A DNA stretch of 63,936 nt, counting the filler, from Octopus bimaculoides (lineage: Eukaryota), in NCBI RefSeq assembly GCF_001194135.2. It is 5 parts of 4 records of this genome, joined end to end, with 100 filler letters (N's around TTAATTAATTAA, not from the genome) between each part and the next. Parts side by side here need not be neighbours in the genome. Positions count along the whole stretch, not along the records: positions 1 to 26,386 come from NC_069001.1; positions 26,487 to 47,156 come from NC_068981.1; 3 more parts are not named here. The stretch is one strand, 5' to 3'. This document shows positions 25,902 through 38,092 of this stretch, one piece after another. The position numbers and the translations under genes are program-made. The notes under the pieces were generated by a model, which saw only the letters and a program-made list of their open reading frames with translations, ran no database searches and had not been told where the DNA came from. Numbering within the stretch: position 1 is the first letter of the stretch; every line of letters starts with the position of its first letter.

Positions 25902-26487
25902 TAAATACATACATAGACACACACATACAAGGTACTCATACTACAAAACTAACATGAAAAAAAACAAAAAAACAAAAGACAACTGATGAAACCAAGCATC
26001 ATCCAAATGAATTCAAACCGTTATAGATAAGATGCTGGGTGGTTCCTTTCCTTCCATTCATCATGGAATCGGAAGAAAGCCTTTTTGTTCTGTAAATTTT
26101 AATTAGCTTTAAGCAAACATCTCTGGGGGAGGGGAGGGCGTGGAAGGGGGATTAATTCAGCACTAAACTTTTCAGAGACCTAATAAGTGCTACAATTAGC
26201 ATCATCATCATTATCACCATCATAGTCATCATCATTATTATTATTATTGTTGTTGTTGTTGTTCTCAGTGCCACATCAAATTGTATATACAAAGTGCAAT
26301 AATGATAACAGTTATAGGGTCTCACTTGGTTTGTATGTATGTGTGTGTGTATTTATGTATGTGTATGTATGTATGTATGCATGCATNNNNNNNNNNNNNN
26401 NNNNNNNNNNNNNNNNNNNNNNNNNNNNNNTTAATTAATTAANNNNNNNNNNNNNNNNNNNNNNNNNNNNNNNNNNNNNNNNNNNNT

Positions 26488-26730
26488 CATCGACCACAAC
26501 TGCTTAACTTCCCAAGCTAACCTGTCATATCTCTTGACTTTTCTTTCTTCCTTATCGCATACCTTGTTGTCAGCTGGGCATGCTATATCTATGATCCAGA
26601 ATAGTTTGTTTTCTTTCTCAATTAAGACTATGACTGGCTTCCTATTCTCTATCTCATGGTCGCACTGAATCATAAAATCCCACAGGATCTTTGCATTTCC
26701 ATTTTCGACGATGCCTTCAGGTTTGTGGTT
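26488..26730 (-). mobile_element. 5'-truncated R4/Dong-clade non-LTR retrotransposon, restriction-like endonuclease region
   Basis: Translates HKPEGIVENGNAKILWDFMIQCDHEIENRKPVIVLIEKENKLFWIIDIACPADNKVCDKEERKVKRYDRLAWE. This fits the ILWDF..RPD..IID..P..KE.EK..KY pattern of REL domains (PD altered to PV). Abuts (TAA)n at 26735-26803 and runs into a gap. Confidence 0.85.
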
Positions 26731-26744
26731 TATTTTTATTATTA

Positions 26745-26805
<61 letters not shown>

Positions 26806-27180
26806 ATACAGTGTTTAGATGCATTAAAATTCAACAGAAAAGAGTAAAAGCAAGGACAATATGTCAAGTAAAAGAAGAAAGCAATGTTAACCAAAATTAT
26901 GTGCAGAGTACATGAGATAAGACACAAAAAGACAGAAAACTGAACAGAAAGAGTCATAGAAGAAAGAGTGCATACATACACCAAGTGCAGTGTTGGCAAA
27001 TTTTGGGAAACATGGAATTTTTAAAGATACAGTATCCTAACAGCTAACAACAAACACAGGTAGCTCATTTCATGCTTTGATAATTCTAGCCAAAAGCTAG
27101 TAAACTCAATCCAAGGTTTCAAGATATTTAACTAACAATATACTTGGTAAAAAATTTAAGGTTTAATTGCTTCAATTTAG

Positions 27181-27429
27181 TATTTAGTATTTAAGAGATG
27201 AGAAATTATGTACAATAGTTACATTATTTACATTTGACGGATATTTGTCCTCATCTTGTTTTTTGTCAACACAACATTTCGGTTTATATAACCTCCAGCC
27301 TTCATTAGGTGTTTCGAGGAAACTTCGAACCTGGGTTCTCATTCCTAAGGTATTTTTCAATGTTATCATTATTATTATTATTATTGTTATTATTATTGTT
27401 ATTATTATTATTATTATTATTCAGGTCAC
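27181..27429 (-). mobile_element. Headless inverted copy of the hammerhead-bearing SINE body; ribozyme core mutated (CTAATGA)
   Basis: Reverse complement matches 27507-27698 almost base for base and extends ~40 bp further 3'. Confidence 0.85.
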
Positions 27430-27439
27430 CATATGCCTG

Positions 27440-27698
27440 TGACATATGGCGTAATAGTTAAGAGTGCAGGCTACTAACCCCAAGATTCCGAGTTCGATTC
27501 CAGGCAGTGACCTGAATAACAATAATAATAATAATAATAATAACAACATCGAAAAATACCTTAGGAATGAGAACCCAGGTTCGAAGTTTCCCCAAAACAC
27601 CTGATGAAGGCTGGAGGTTATATCAGCCGAAACGTTGTGTTGACAAAAAACAAGATGAGGACAAATATCTGTCAAATGTAAATAATGTAAATAATGTA
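27440..27698 (+). mobile_element. tRNA-headed SINE-like element: tRNA head, (ATA)n, hammerhead ribozyme, AT-rich tail
   Basis: A-box TGGCGTAATAGTT (27447-27459), B-box GAGTTCGATTCC (27490-27501), (AAT)n, then the hammerhead motif. Confidence 0.8.
27596..27641 (+). ncRNA. Minimal type I hammerhead ribozyme (Penelope/retrozyme type)
   Basis: Stem I AACAC/GUGUU; core CUGAUGA (27601-27607) plus an extra A; stem II GGCUG/CAGCC; GAAA (27629-27632); loopless palindromic stem III AACGUU; GUU cleavage triplet. Confidence 0.8.
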
Positions 27699-30600
27699 TT
27701 TAATAAATCCATAAGCATTTTTATCCTTAGCAAATCTTATTTTTCTCTCAATTGATTTTTTTTTTTTAGAGAATCCAAATGCCAATAAATAATTTCAATT
27801 TCGAAAGAGAAAGCTTGAATCATTTGATATAAATGGGAAGATTATTAGTGGTAAAAATAAACTTCACAACCAAAGAAGCAAATGCCATGTTTAAGAAATT
27901 AATAGGCAAGGGCTTAATATTAAGCAAGCAGAGTAAATAAAATAGGAGAGCAAGTAAGCCAACAAAGAAATAGCAGCCAAATATCCCTCGACTCGCCCCC
28001 CACACCCTTACCAACTTAAAGCACACGTTCAATAATGTAATCCTACATACCCCTAAAAAGACAGGATGTTCATGGCTGGAATGCCTTTCATTATAGATCT
28101 GTTCAATCTGGGTTGACTTGGGACTAAACAACAACAATAGGTGTACAAGAGGTTTAAGGGTAAATCCTAGAAAAGGAAAGGAATACAATGAATGCATTAA
28201 TTAGTTTATTGCTGCATTTAACAGTTACAGTAGTTCATAACTAAAAGCTATGAACTGATGTGATATTTAATGGCAGTAATAAATGCAATTAACATATCAG
28301 TCACAGGCAACCATTAAGTTAATTTTGATTACTGATTCATGCTATTGTTCATACAGAGTTGAAAACCCATGCTGCTGCTTTCAGCTAAGTATTTAGTATT
28401 TAAGAGATGAGAAATTATGTACAATTTTAGAAATTAGGCGAGGAGTTTACTTACTTCAGTCATTGGACAGAAGTGATATTGAGGCACTTATATCAACACC
28501 AGTGCTTATACTTAAGTCTGGTACTTCCTTTAGTAATCTGTATTTAATGCCTCGCTAAGTTATGGAATATAAACACACATGCCATAATTTTGAAACAGTA
28601 TCTGTGCAAAGACAGACATAGAGAGTGGCACAAAGTAACACATATTGTGTGTTATATAATCGTTGGTTATGGCCAGTCAAAAAGTTACCATTGGTTTCTC
28701 ATCTATTATTGCTCTTAGCAATACAGGCATCCCTGTTACATGCCTGAGGTATATAAATTCTTTATGATATGTGTGTATATATATGTGTGTGTGTGTAAAA
28801 CAATAATCTGCATATTCATTTTTAATATGTTCTGGCAGAGTCATACACATATATGCTACTTGCTGCTGTGTATATCACAGAAGAACAACACATTTCCTTT
28901 TTATGATGACTATGTGTTCATAACACACTTGGCTCATTAGCACAAGGAATTCTGAGACACCTGTGTTTCGACATGTCATATTTCATCAACCAGAATCTAG
29001 ACCTTTAAGTTTAAATGAGCACTGGCCTTTTTTTACTAATTTCTGCTAACTTCATCTGCAAACATTTTATTCTTGTGCAATTTTCATAAGGTGGAGATGC
29101 TTTGAAGAGACAGCCACTATGTGGTCACTTCCTCTGCAAAAAGTAATAGCCCAGTCATCCCAGACTTACATCCTACACTATCATCATAAAGTGGATAATG
29201 TAGTCATAGATAACATTGTCTGAAAATCAAACAAATGGGATGGTCACAGCAAGAATGTCTTTTATTATGTGTTTGCTCAATCAGGGCAGACTTAGAGTTA
29301 TGCAACAATAAGTTTATTATATATCTAGTTATAAATTTCTAAACCAGCCTCTCCACTCCCTATAAAATGTGAAATAACTATAAATATCCTTCAGAACAAA
29401 CCTGTCACAACTCCTATCATAGATTAAATTCACTGTTTCCTACTCTCCCACTCTTTAGTATTTTGAGTAACAAAGGAACCTCACTAGAGCTGATGCTATG
29501 GTAAAAAGATTCAGTACACTCTGTTAAATGGTTGGCATTAGGAGAGGTATATAGAGGTAGAGTCATGCTAGAGCAAGATACGGTTTTCCTGTCTGTCTGA
29601 CCATTCTACCCATACCAGCATGGAAAGTAGAGATAAAAATGATGATGGTGATGATGAGGAGGACTAAACAAGTAGACTTCTACATGTAGATAAAATGTAT
29701 CAATTTCTCAACTGAATAGAAATCAGATTTTTATGCAGGCATGAGAATATTTTGCTTTTTAATTAATTTTTAATTTCTTGTAATTATTTCCCCTTTTTCT
29801 TTGTAAGTTGCTAACAAATTTTAATTCATTGAAAATTTTTAGAATATACCATTTATTTCACCAACACCTCCTTATTTATCTTACTGATATTGACACAATG
29901 CAATTATTTTCTTCAGCTCAATTTTTATTATGCAATTGAGATATTATTTATTTTCAGAAACCTCTGAGCATTAGTTACATTAGTTTACCAAGCATATATC
30001 TAACCAATAAAGTCTGAGTCAAAGTTGCAGATGTATGACTGGCTGAGGAAGGACAAGAATTTTTAACTTAGTAATGCTTTATGTTTCAGTTTTATAATCT
30101 CCTGATATTACTGTATTTTCTGTCCCTCCTCTATCCCTTCTCTGTTTCATTCTTTCTTTCTCAGTCACTTTTTTTTTAAGAAACACACCTCTGTGTTTAT
30201 TCACAATGCAAACACATAATGGATGGTATAAACACCACTAAATGTAACAATCACTTTTCAGCTCCTGAAGGACCCCTCCCGCTTCACATAATGTAATGGA
30301 GACTGACTCACTCCTAGTCTCCATGGACAACTTTGTGACTCCTCCCTCACTACCTCTACTCATATAACAAAGACAACATATATATCACGTTACATCTAAT
30401 CACTACCATGACCATCCCCCATTTGATAGCAAATACCAATCCTTCTCACATAAACGATGCGAAATATGAATGAGATGCTGACTAAACAATCCTCATTGCA
30501 GACTATCCACTCCAGAGGGCAATAATACCAAATAAGAATGTTTATAGGTTCATGAAAATTCTTTAGTTCTTTCGCATGAAACAACCCTTCTAGTGCTGAT

Positions 30601-30774
30601 GCCACAACAAAACATATCCATTTCACTGTATGACACAAAACAACAAAGTTCACTAGGGTTCTCTGCTTCTATGTGTACCAAATTACACAAATGATGATGA
30701 CTGATGAGAACCAGTCAGCTTATGCCAGCATAACAAAGAAAACATAAAACAGGTATAGTATGCAAATTATTGTA

Positions 30775-31340
30775 GGTATAAGCACGGGCTCCCCAACCGC
30801 ATAGTTCTAGGTTCAGCTCCACTGCACAGCAATTTGGGCAAGTATCTTCTGCTATCGCCTCAAGCCAACCAAATTCTTGTTAGAGAATTTGGTAGCAAGA
30901 AACTGAAAGAAACCCATATATATATGTATCTATGTATGCAAGTGTCTGTGTGTGTGTGTGTATGTATGTGTCTGTGTGTGTCCTTGTCTTGACATTATGC
31001 GATAATTGTAAACAAGTATCACCGACATGCAAGCAGTTTTTTGCTTCAATCATTTGTCAAGATATGCTTAATCATGGGGAAATATAACTTTACTTGGAAA
31101 CAAGTGAGGGTTGGCAGCAGGACAGATAGTTGGCTGTAGAAAATCTGCCTCCATGAATTCCATCTGACCTATGCAAGCATGGAAAAGTGGACATTAAAAT
31201 TATGCTAATGATGATAATAATGAGGATGACAATGATGAGCAAATGATGATGATGGTGACAGCAATGATGACGATGATGATGATGCCAATGATGAGGTGAT
31301 GATGATGGTGATGATGAGGATGATGACAATGATGATGATG
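30775..31340 (+). mobile_element. Decayed family A head/body followed by a family D-like tail with expanded (GAT)n
   Basis: ggttcagctccactgc...gggcaagtatcttctgctatcgcc, and later gcaagcatggaaaagtggacattaaa(tga)n. Confidence 0.6.
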
Positions 31341-32532
31341 ATAGTGATAAAATTTTTATAACCCTTTTTCTGTATGTAAAATCTTCTGTCTATCGATCAA
31401 GCATGTTCATGCCAACAATGCTTCACTGTCGAGGTTCAGTAAGACAAAATCATACCTGTTGCTGTCACCATACCCACTGACACAATTGTATGACAAAATT
31501 TTCTCTTACATATGAGAATGTATGAGAATTAATTTCTTGTAAATTAACACATAATTTCTCGAGATTATCTCCCTTCCTTTCTTTGTAAGTCGTGAATAAT
31601 TACTGCTAGTTTAGTCTCTGTTTTCTTCCTCTTCTTCCTACTAAAGGTAAATTTCAGTCCAATTCATGAAGAATACTTTACATATGTTATTCAATACATC
31701 AACATCTACATGATTTATAGACTAAATAGGAACCCACTGCAAGATCACTGCAACTAGCAGATACATGAAAAATACAGTGAGTTAATCAACAGTGGTAATC
31801 AACACTTCAAACTTCATAAGTGTTTTCATACAACAGGTAAGGTGTTATAACACATGGTTGAATATCACAGACTACTGTATTATTAGATCACATAAGGTAG
31901 TTGGTAGGTTTTGTTATTTAAGTAGCTAATTAGATGTAAGTGACAGAACCAAGAATGGAGCAGAGTTTAGTGTTTCACTTCCTTAGAATGTTATAGATTT
32001 TCTGTCTGTCAGAGAGTGTGTAAGTGATGTAAAGATAGAGAAAATGAGGTAGACAGAGAGAGAGAGAGAGAGAATGGGAGGAAAGGGTAGTGAAGGAGAA
32101 AGCGACTAAGAGACTAAGGAGTATAAGATTTAGTGTGTAGGTATTAAAGAGTCATACAGTTGAATGCTCACTTCTGAAATTTAACGATGCCAAAAACTGT
32201 AAAAACTATAAATATGAAGACCATAACAAGTTAAAAGTATGTTTATCATCATCATAATCGTCATCATTGTCATCATCATCATTATTTAACATCCACTTTT
32301 CTATACTTGTATGGGTCAGATATAATTTGTTGAGGCCAGATTATCTACGACTGAATCTCTTTCCTACCACCAACCTTTGTCTGCTTCCATTCAAGGTGAT
32401 ATTTCCCTATGGCTAGTCATGTTTTTCATGGAAGACTGGAAATAAACAACCTCATCTGTATGACAATTATATTCATTTACAACCATTACGTCAAGACAAG
32501 AGTACACACATGCATACATGTATACATGCATG

Positions 32533-32575
<43 letters not shown>

Positions 32576-32859
32576 TTACATAATGAGTGTTTTTTAGTTT
32601 TTGTTTACCAAATCCACTCAAAAGGCTTTGGTCAAACCAGGCTTGCACAGTGGGACTGAACCCATAACTCAAGCTACTCAATCCACACAGCTATAACTCA
32701 TAAATGACTCCTAAAGGTAGATTTGAAAAGGACTGACAGAAAATTCACCTTTAAGTTATCAGAATAGAATTAGGTTAACAAATAATGCGATTTATGCCAA
32801 ATACTGCCATCAGACAATTGTTGGTGCTGTTGTTGTTGTTGTTGTTGTTGTCGTTGTTA

Positions 32860-32896
<37 letters not shown>

Positions 32897-34029
32897 GGAG
32901 GAGGAGGAGGAGGAGGAACATTATGATGATGATGACGATGTTGATGATAGTGATGTGGTTTTATTGTAATCATTGTTGTAGTTGTTACTGTTATTGTTGC
33001 TTAGTCCAAAAACAGGCCCTGATTAATCAAAGCCAACATATTTTTGTATAGCAGGACAACATTGTCCAATATGTCCAAACATTTCCGTTAAGGTGGTGGG
33101 TCTAATTTGCAGGACATTCTGTAGCTATTTCTAACAGATTAAGTAATGACAGTTCTCATTCTTGTTGTTAATGACGACGAAGCTTTTCTTATTATTACTG
33201 ATGTACTTTTGTTTAGTCCTTATTAACCAGATTTATATTAAAAGTCAATCCCATCATGAACAGCCCATCTCATTCCCTGCATTGTGTATCCAAAGTATAT
33301 TATTTAATATGTCTTTTCTTAAGAGGGTGGGTATGATTTGAAAGATAACAGTTCAAGTTGTTATAGTCCAACCTAAAGTTACTTGGATGGCCAGGAAGAA
33401 GAATATATCAAGAAGTATTACAAATTCTGAAAAATCAGCTTCATTTTCTAATTTTGACCCTTATTCTCACATTGTTTACTTCTAATACAGTAATGGTAAA
33501 TAAGGCAGTGAGTTGGTAGAATTGTTACTGCACTGGGCACAATGTTTAGTGACATTTCTTCTGACTTTACATTCTGAGTGCAAATACTGCCAGGAGCAAC
33601 TTCGCCTTTCATCATTTTGGGATCAATTGTAAGCAATATAGTAATGGTAAATAATGATCTAATGTAGCAGAACAATTTACAATATAAATATTTAGATACA
33701 TTACTATGTGGACATCTATTGATATGAAAGAATTTTAAGAAAGCATAACAAAACTGGAACAAATCGAAGTTTAGAAATATATATGAAACTAGTTTTGTTT
33801 CCTGAGTGAAATTTAAGGAATTTATTTTGGATAATAATAGTTGAAGATGAGATTTGTAAGAAAGAGAAAAATTAGTTTAAAAACCGAGGATATTGTTTTA
33901 TTCCAGTTCTCTGCCTTATCTTGTTTATTAGAATCTTTCAGGCCACCACTGATAAGTTTCATATAGATTGGCCATGAAAATTTTCAGATGCTACTGACCT
34001 AGTTTTGATAGCTTATTAAAAGATGAAAT

Positions 34030-34870
34030 TCCAGACTTGAATCAAAATCTAGACTCAAGATAAACTCAGCAAAGATTAAAGCTTTGGTAAGTAAAAAAGA
34101 AAATGGGACCCTGCTACCACTAGGGAAATGGCAATGCTTCATATGCAGAAAAGTAGTTGATACAAACTTTATACAATGCACCAAGTGTAAACTAAAGACC
34201 CACAAGAAATTTAGTTAGGTCACAGATAAACTAAAAGAAAAGAAAGACTTCATATGTAGCAGTTGAACAAGAGTAGTAAGCACTAAGAACACACATAAAA
34301 TAGATTCGCTCAAGTGCTCAAACAGCTCCCAAGAAGTAATTGATAGTTTTGTTACCTAGATGATCTAATTAGCAGTAGAGATAGGTGCTCCAAAATAGGA
34401 ATAGAGATAGGTGTGCCAAAGTAAGTACAAATTAGTAACAAGAGAATTCTCTTTTTGAGTGAATAACAGAATGTATGATACTTGTAAATGAACTGCATTG
34501 TACAGCAGTGAAATATGGGCTTTGAATGCAAAGAATTTGTAAAGACTAGAATGAAACAGTGTGCATGATCAGCTAGATCTGTAATGTTAGTGTACATGAA
34601 TGATGTAGTATAAATGAGCTGAGAGAAAAACCGGATATAAAAGGTGCCCAGATGTAGCATGTGATGGCACAGGCATGCAATGCACATGGATCGCTATACA
34701 AAAATGTGCAGCACATTCAAACTGAGTGAATCTATGGAAGCAGGAGGTCTAGGAAGACATTGATGAAATGATGAAAACTGATCTAAAGATGTCAGGTCAT
34801 AAAGGAGATGACAAAAGATCACAGCATTTGGTGACACATAATGCTACAGAAGATCCAATGACCTTGCAAG
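34030..34870 (+). mobile_element. Decayed RTE-clade LINE 3' portion containing a Cys/His (PHD-like) insert
   Basis: Frameshifted translation: KINSAKIKALVSKK...WQCFICRKVVDTNFIQCTKCKLKTHKK...; YDTCK*TALYSSEIWAL (ETWA motif); ICNVSVHE*CSINELREK. Confidence 0.75.
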
Positions 34871-35734
34871 CATTAAAATGATAGTAGCTATGGAGGTTGT
34901 AAAGTACTTATCAACAGTTTGCCTATTGTTAAATATATCCCTGTTAATCTCTCTCATCCTCTCATCACTTCTTTCCTATCACTGTCTCTCTTCATCACTC
35001 TGTTTCTTTTTTCGTACATTTACTGCAGCACTCTATCTCTTTCATTACTCCATTACTCTCTCTTCTGTTTTCTCACTCCAATCACTGTTTCTCTGGCATA
35101 CTCTCATTCCCAATTCTCTCTTCTATTTATTGTCTTGGTGATGTTGCCTTTCTTGAAAAGGAGACACCACAGAGGATAGTAGAGAGGATTCTTTAATCTT
35201 GCAAAGAAAAAGGTAATGTCAACAGGGCTATAGCATGATAACATTCACCTAGTACTTTCTGTTAAGTAGTTAGTGAAAGAGTAGAAACAACACTATGTTG
35301 AGGAGAATTTTTGATTTATCTGAAAATATGACAAGCTTTCTAGTGCTGGGGCCTTGATAAAAGATATTGTGTACAGTGTTAAGTTGTAGACATGCTTTCA
35401 ATAGCATAAGACTGTAGGAAACATATCAAAATAGAAAGTTCTGAGCAAAATATGTCCTTCTGAACCATTTAGGATAGCAGTAATTCCAAGTAAGAACTGC
35501 TTAAAATGTGACAGAAAAAATGATGATGATAATATATATACATCCCTTTTCCTCTGTAACCATTGAGGTGCACGCATGGTTGTGTGCTTAACAAGTTTGC
35601 TTCACTACCATATAGTTTTGGGTCCAATCCCATTGTGTGGTACTTTGAGCAAGTATGTTTCATGGTAACCTTAGAACAACTAATATCTTGAAAGTGAAAT
35701 TTCATTGACAGAAACTGTGTAGACCCCAATAAAC

Positions 35735-35771
<37 letters not shown>

Positions 35772-36330
35772 CGCTTTGTATACATATTTAGATCTGAGTT
35801 TATGTTTAAAACTAGTGCTGCCTCAAAAAACATAACTTTGCCATTTCTTCTTAGAAGAATGTCTATGGAAGTAATATATGATTAATGTCTAACATAGAGA
35901 TTCAACCAGTTATGGACTGCTTTATGGACCATTAAATATAAGTGATACATAGAAAATTTCTTTGGCCAAATGCAGCTCATGGATATCAGTGGTAAAGTCA
36001 TTTCTAAAGAAATATCTTGAAATGAGAGCAGCAGTCAAAATAAATGGTAAAAAGTAAAGTAGTCAAAATATAAATATCAGAATAGAATGTAAAAAACTCC
36101 AAAAGTGGTACAGTATTCTTTGGTTCATGCTAAGCCTTAAATAAAAGTGAATAGCTAATGTTAGTTAAAAAGAGACTGATCTATAGATTTGTTTGAAATG
36201 TCTAAATACATTCAAGTTTATCCATAATAGAGAACTGCTTCTCTTTACTATATTAATTTTGTAGATGAAGTTAAAAATTTTAGTCCTTACTTTTTAAAAA
36301 CACTGGTATATTAAATCAATTAGTACAAGA

Positions 36331-38092
36331 CTATTTCTTCTGGATAATATTCTCTGTTTGTGACACAGTCATCTCTTCTCCAGTGTAAGACTCTGCATTT
36401 GAAGATATTTTTACTTCTTGGTTGCTCATTCTTGACATAGTCTCCACTGTTTCACTTGCGTTTGCCATTAGATGATGTTCTCTGCTATTTGAACTTGCTA
36501 TGTTACTGTTCTGGAAAGAACTGGAAGAAGCTGTTTTTGTAACAGCTGACTGATCCGAAATTGAAGCTACATTTGAGTATTGTTTTTGCTCTTGTAATTG
36601 TGAGTTGTATTCTTTAGAAGCAGTGACTGTTTGAATTTCTTGTCTCATTGATTTGGTTTCTATTGCACCTGTTTGAAACTGTGCACCATGTGACATAAAA
36701 GCACTTTCATCCTTACTTGAATATGCTTGCCTTTCTTGCATCATTGCTGAAGATTCCATAGTAGCTGTGTGAAATGGTTTTTCTCTATCAACTATGGGCT
36801 GAGCTTTTTCAGAAAGCAAATTAGTTTCGTTAGTAACTGAATAAAGATTTTTTTCTTTCATCAATGACTTAGATTCTATTGTAGTGCTAAAAGATTCCTG
36901 CTTCTCTCTTGTTAATGTACTTTCTTTCAAATCAAATGAAGACTGCTTTCCTCTAATGGAAGAAAGTATATCTTTTGTTTCATCCACCTCAAAACTAGCT
37001 TCTCTTGATGATGAAATCGAATTTGACATTTTTTTAGTAATAGATGCAGATAGGTCACTCGATGGTAAGGTCTCCTTGGTAACTGATTTGTAGGATTTAT
37101 TCAGCCCTTTCATTTCTGAAGTCATATAGTAGTCATTATCAATACTCAATTCTTTCCTCATGTCAGTTTTAGAGGCAGTTGCTAATTTCCTACTCTCCTC
37201 TTTAATTCCTAACCCTTCGTCAGTTGATAAGCTAGAACTATATTTCATTCTTTCAGATGTACCAGCCAGAGCAGATTTAGCTGAAGCTCCAATATACTTT
37301 CGACTTTCTTGCACAGCAGCTCTACTCTCTTCTAATAGTGACTTATAGTCAGTTGCTTGGGATTTTTGCATTGAAGAAGTATCTTTTGACATAGCCATAG
37401 AAGTTTTACTGCTTTTCTGACTTCCAATAATATTTTCTCTTGGTTTAGCTGAATATATTGGTAAGTCATCAGTGAAACTTTTATTTTGCCTTAAACTATC
37501 AGTAGTTTTATTTTGCCTTAAACTATCAGTAGTTTTATTTTGCCTTAAACTATCAGAAGTTTTATTTTGTCGTAAATTATCAATAGTTCTTTGTTGCCTT
37601 GGCAAATCAATTTCCTTTTTATAGCTGAAATCTTCAGTACTTCTTTGTTTATAACCAGACATCTTTGTATCTGTGTATGATTGGTGCTGACTGTATTTAG
37701 ATTTCCAATTCGAATTTAAATCCATATCTGTTTCAGAAGTACTACTAAGAGAATTCAAATTTCTAGAAAGAGATTTAGCATAATTTGCAGTTGCATATTT
37801 ATCATAAGTTTTCTCCTTTGATTTTGCCTCATATAACTCACTAGTCCAGCCATATTTTTTATTTTCTTTAATCTCACTATCTGTTGGTAGTTTGAATTTC
37901 CTCTCAGGTATATCGTTCAAACCAGAGGCAATTGGACTCAGACGGGAAGAAGATCCTCTTTGCTCTTCATATTGTTTGGCAAATTCTCTTAATTTCAAAC
38001 TCATAAATACATTTTCTTTTCGCATTTTTGTCATATCACTTGATAGTTGTAACCACTTGTGTTCTAAACAGTCATCAACTGTCATGCGATTT
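36331..38092 (-). CDS. unc-89: Obscurin/UNC-89-like gene, terminal exon: end of kinase 2 plus ~540-aa Ser/Lys/Glu/Thr-rich tail
   Basis: Acceptor tttcag|A at 38092 joins the previous exon as IPG-NRMTVDDCLEHKWLQLSSDMTKMRKENVFMSLKLREF, which resembles my recollection of the Drosophila Unc-89 kinase-2 end. 1755-nt stop-free ORF in AT-rich DNA; TAG at 36333-36331. Confidence 0.88.

Noticed and set aside
24978-26386. Identical 282-bp duplication (24978-25259 and 26105-26386)
   Set aside because: One copy starts at a gap edge and the other ends at one. Best explained by overlapping contigs left unmerged or placed in the wrong order.
26431-26442. TTAATTAATTAA islands inside N runs (also 47201, 60801, 62564)
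   Set aside because: An identical 12-mer with stops in all frames, centred in gaps: a scaffolding linker, not biology.
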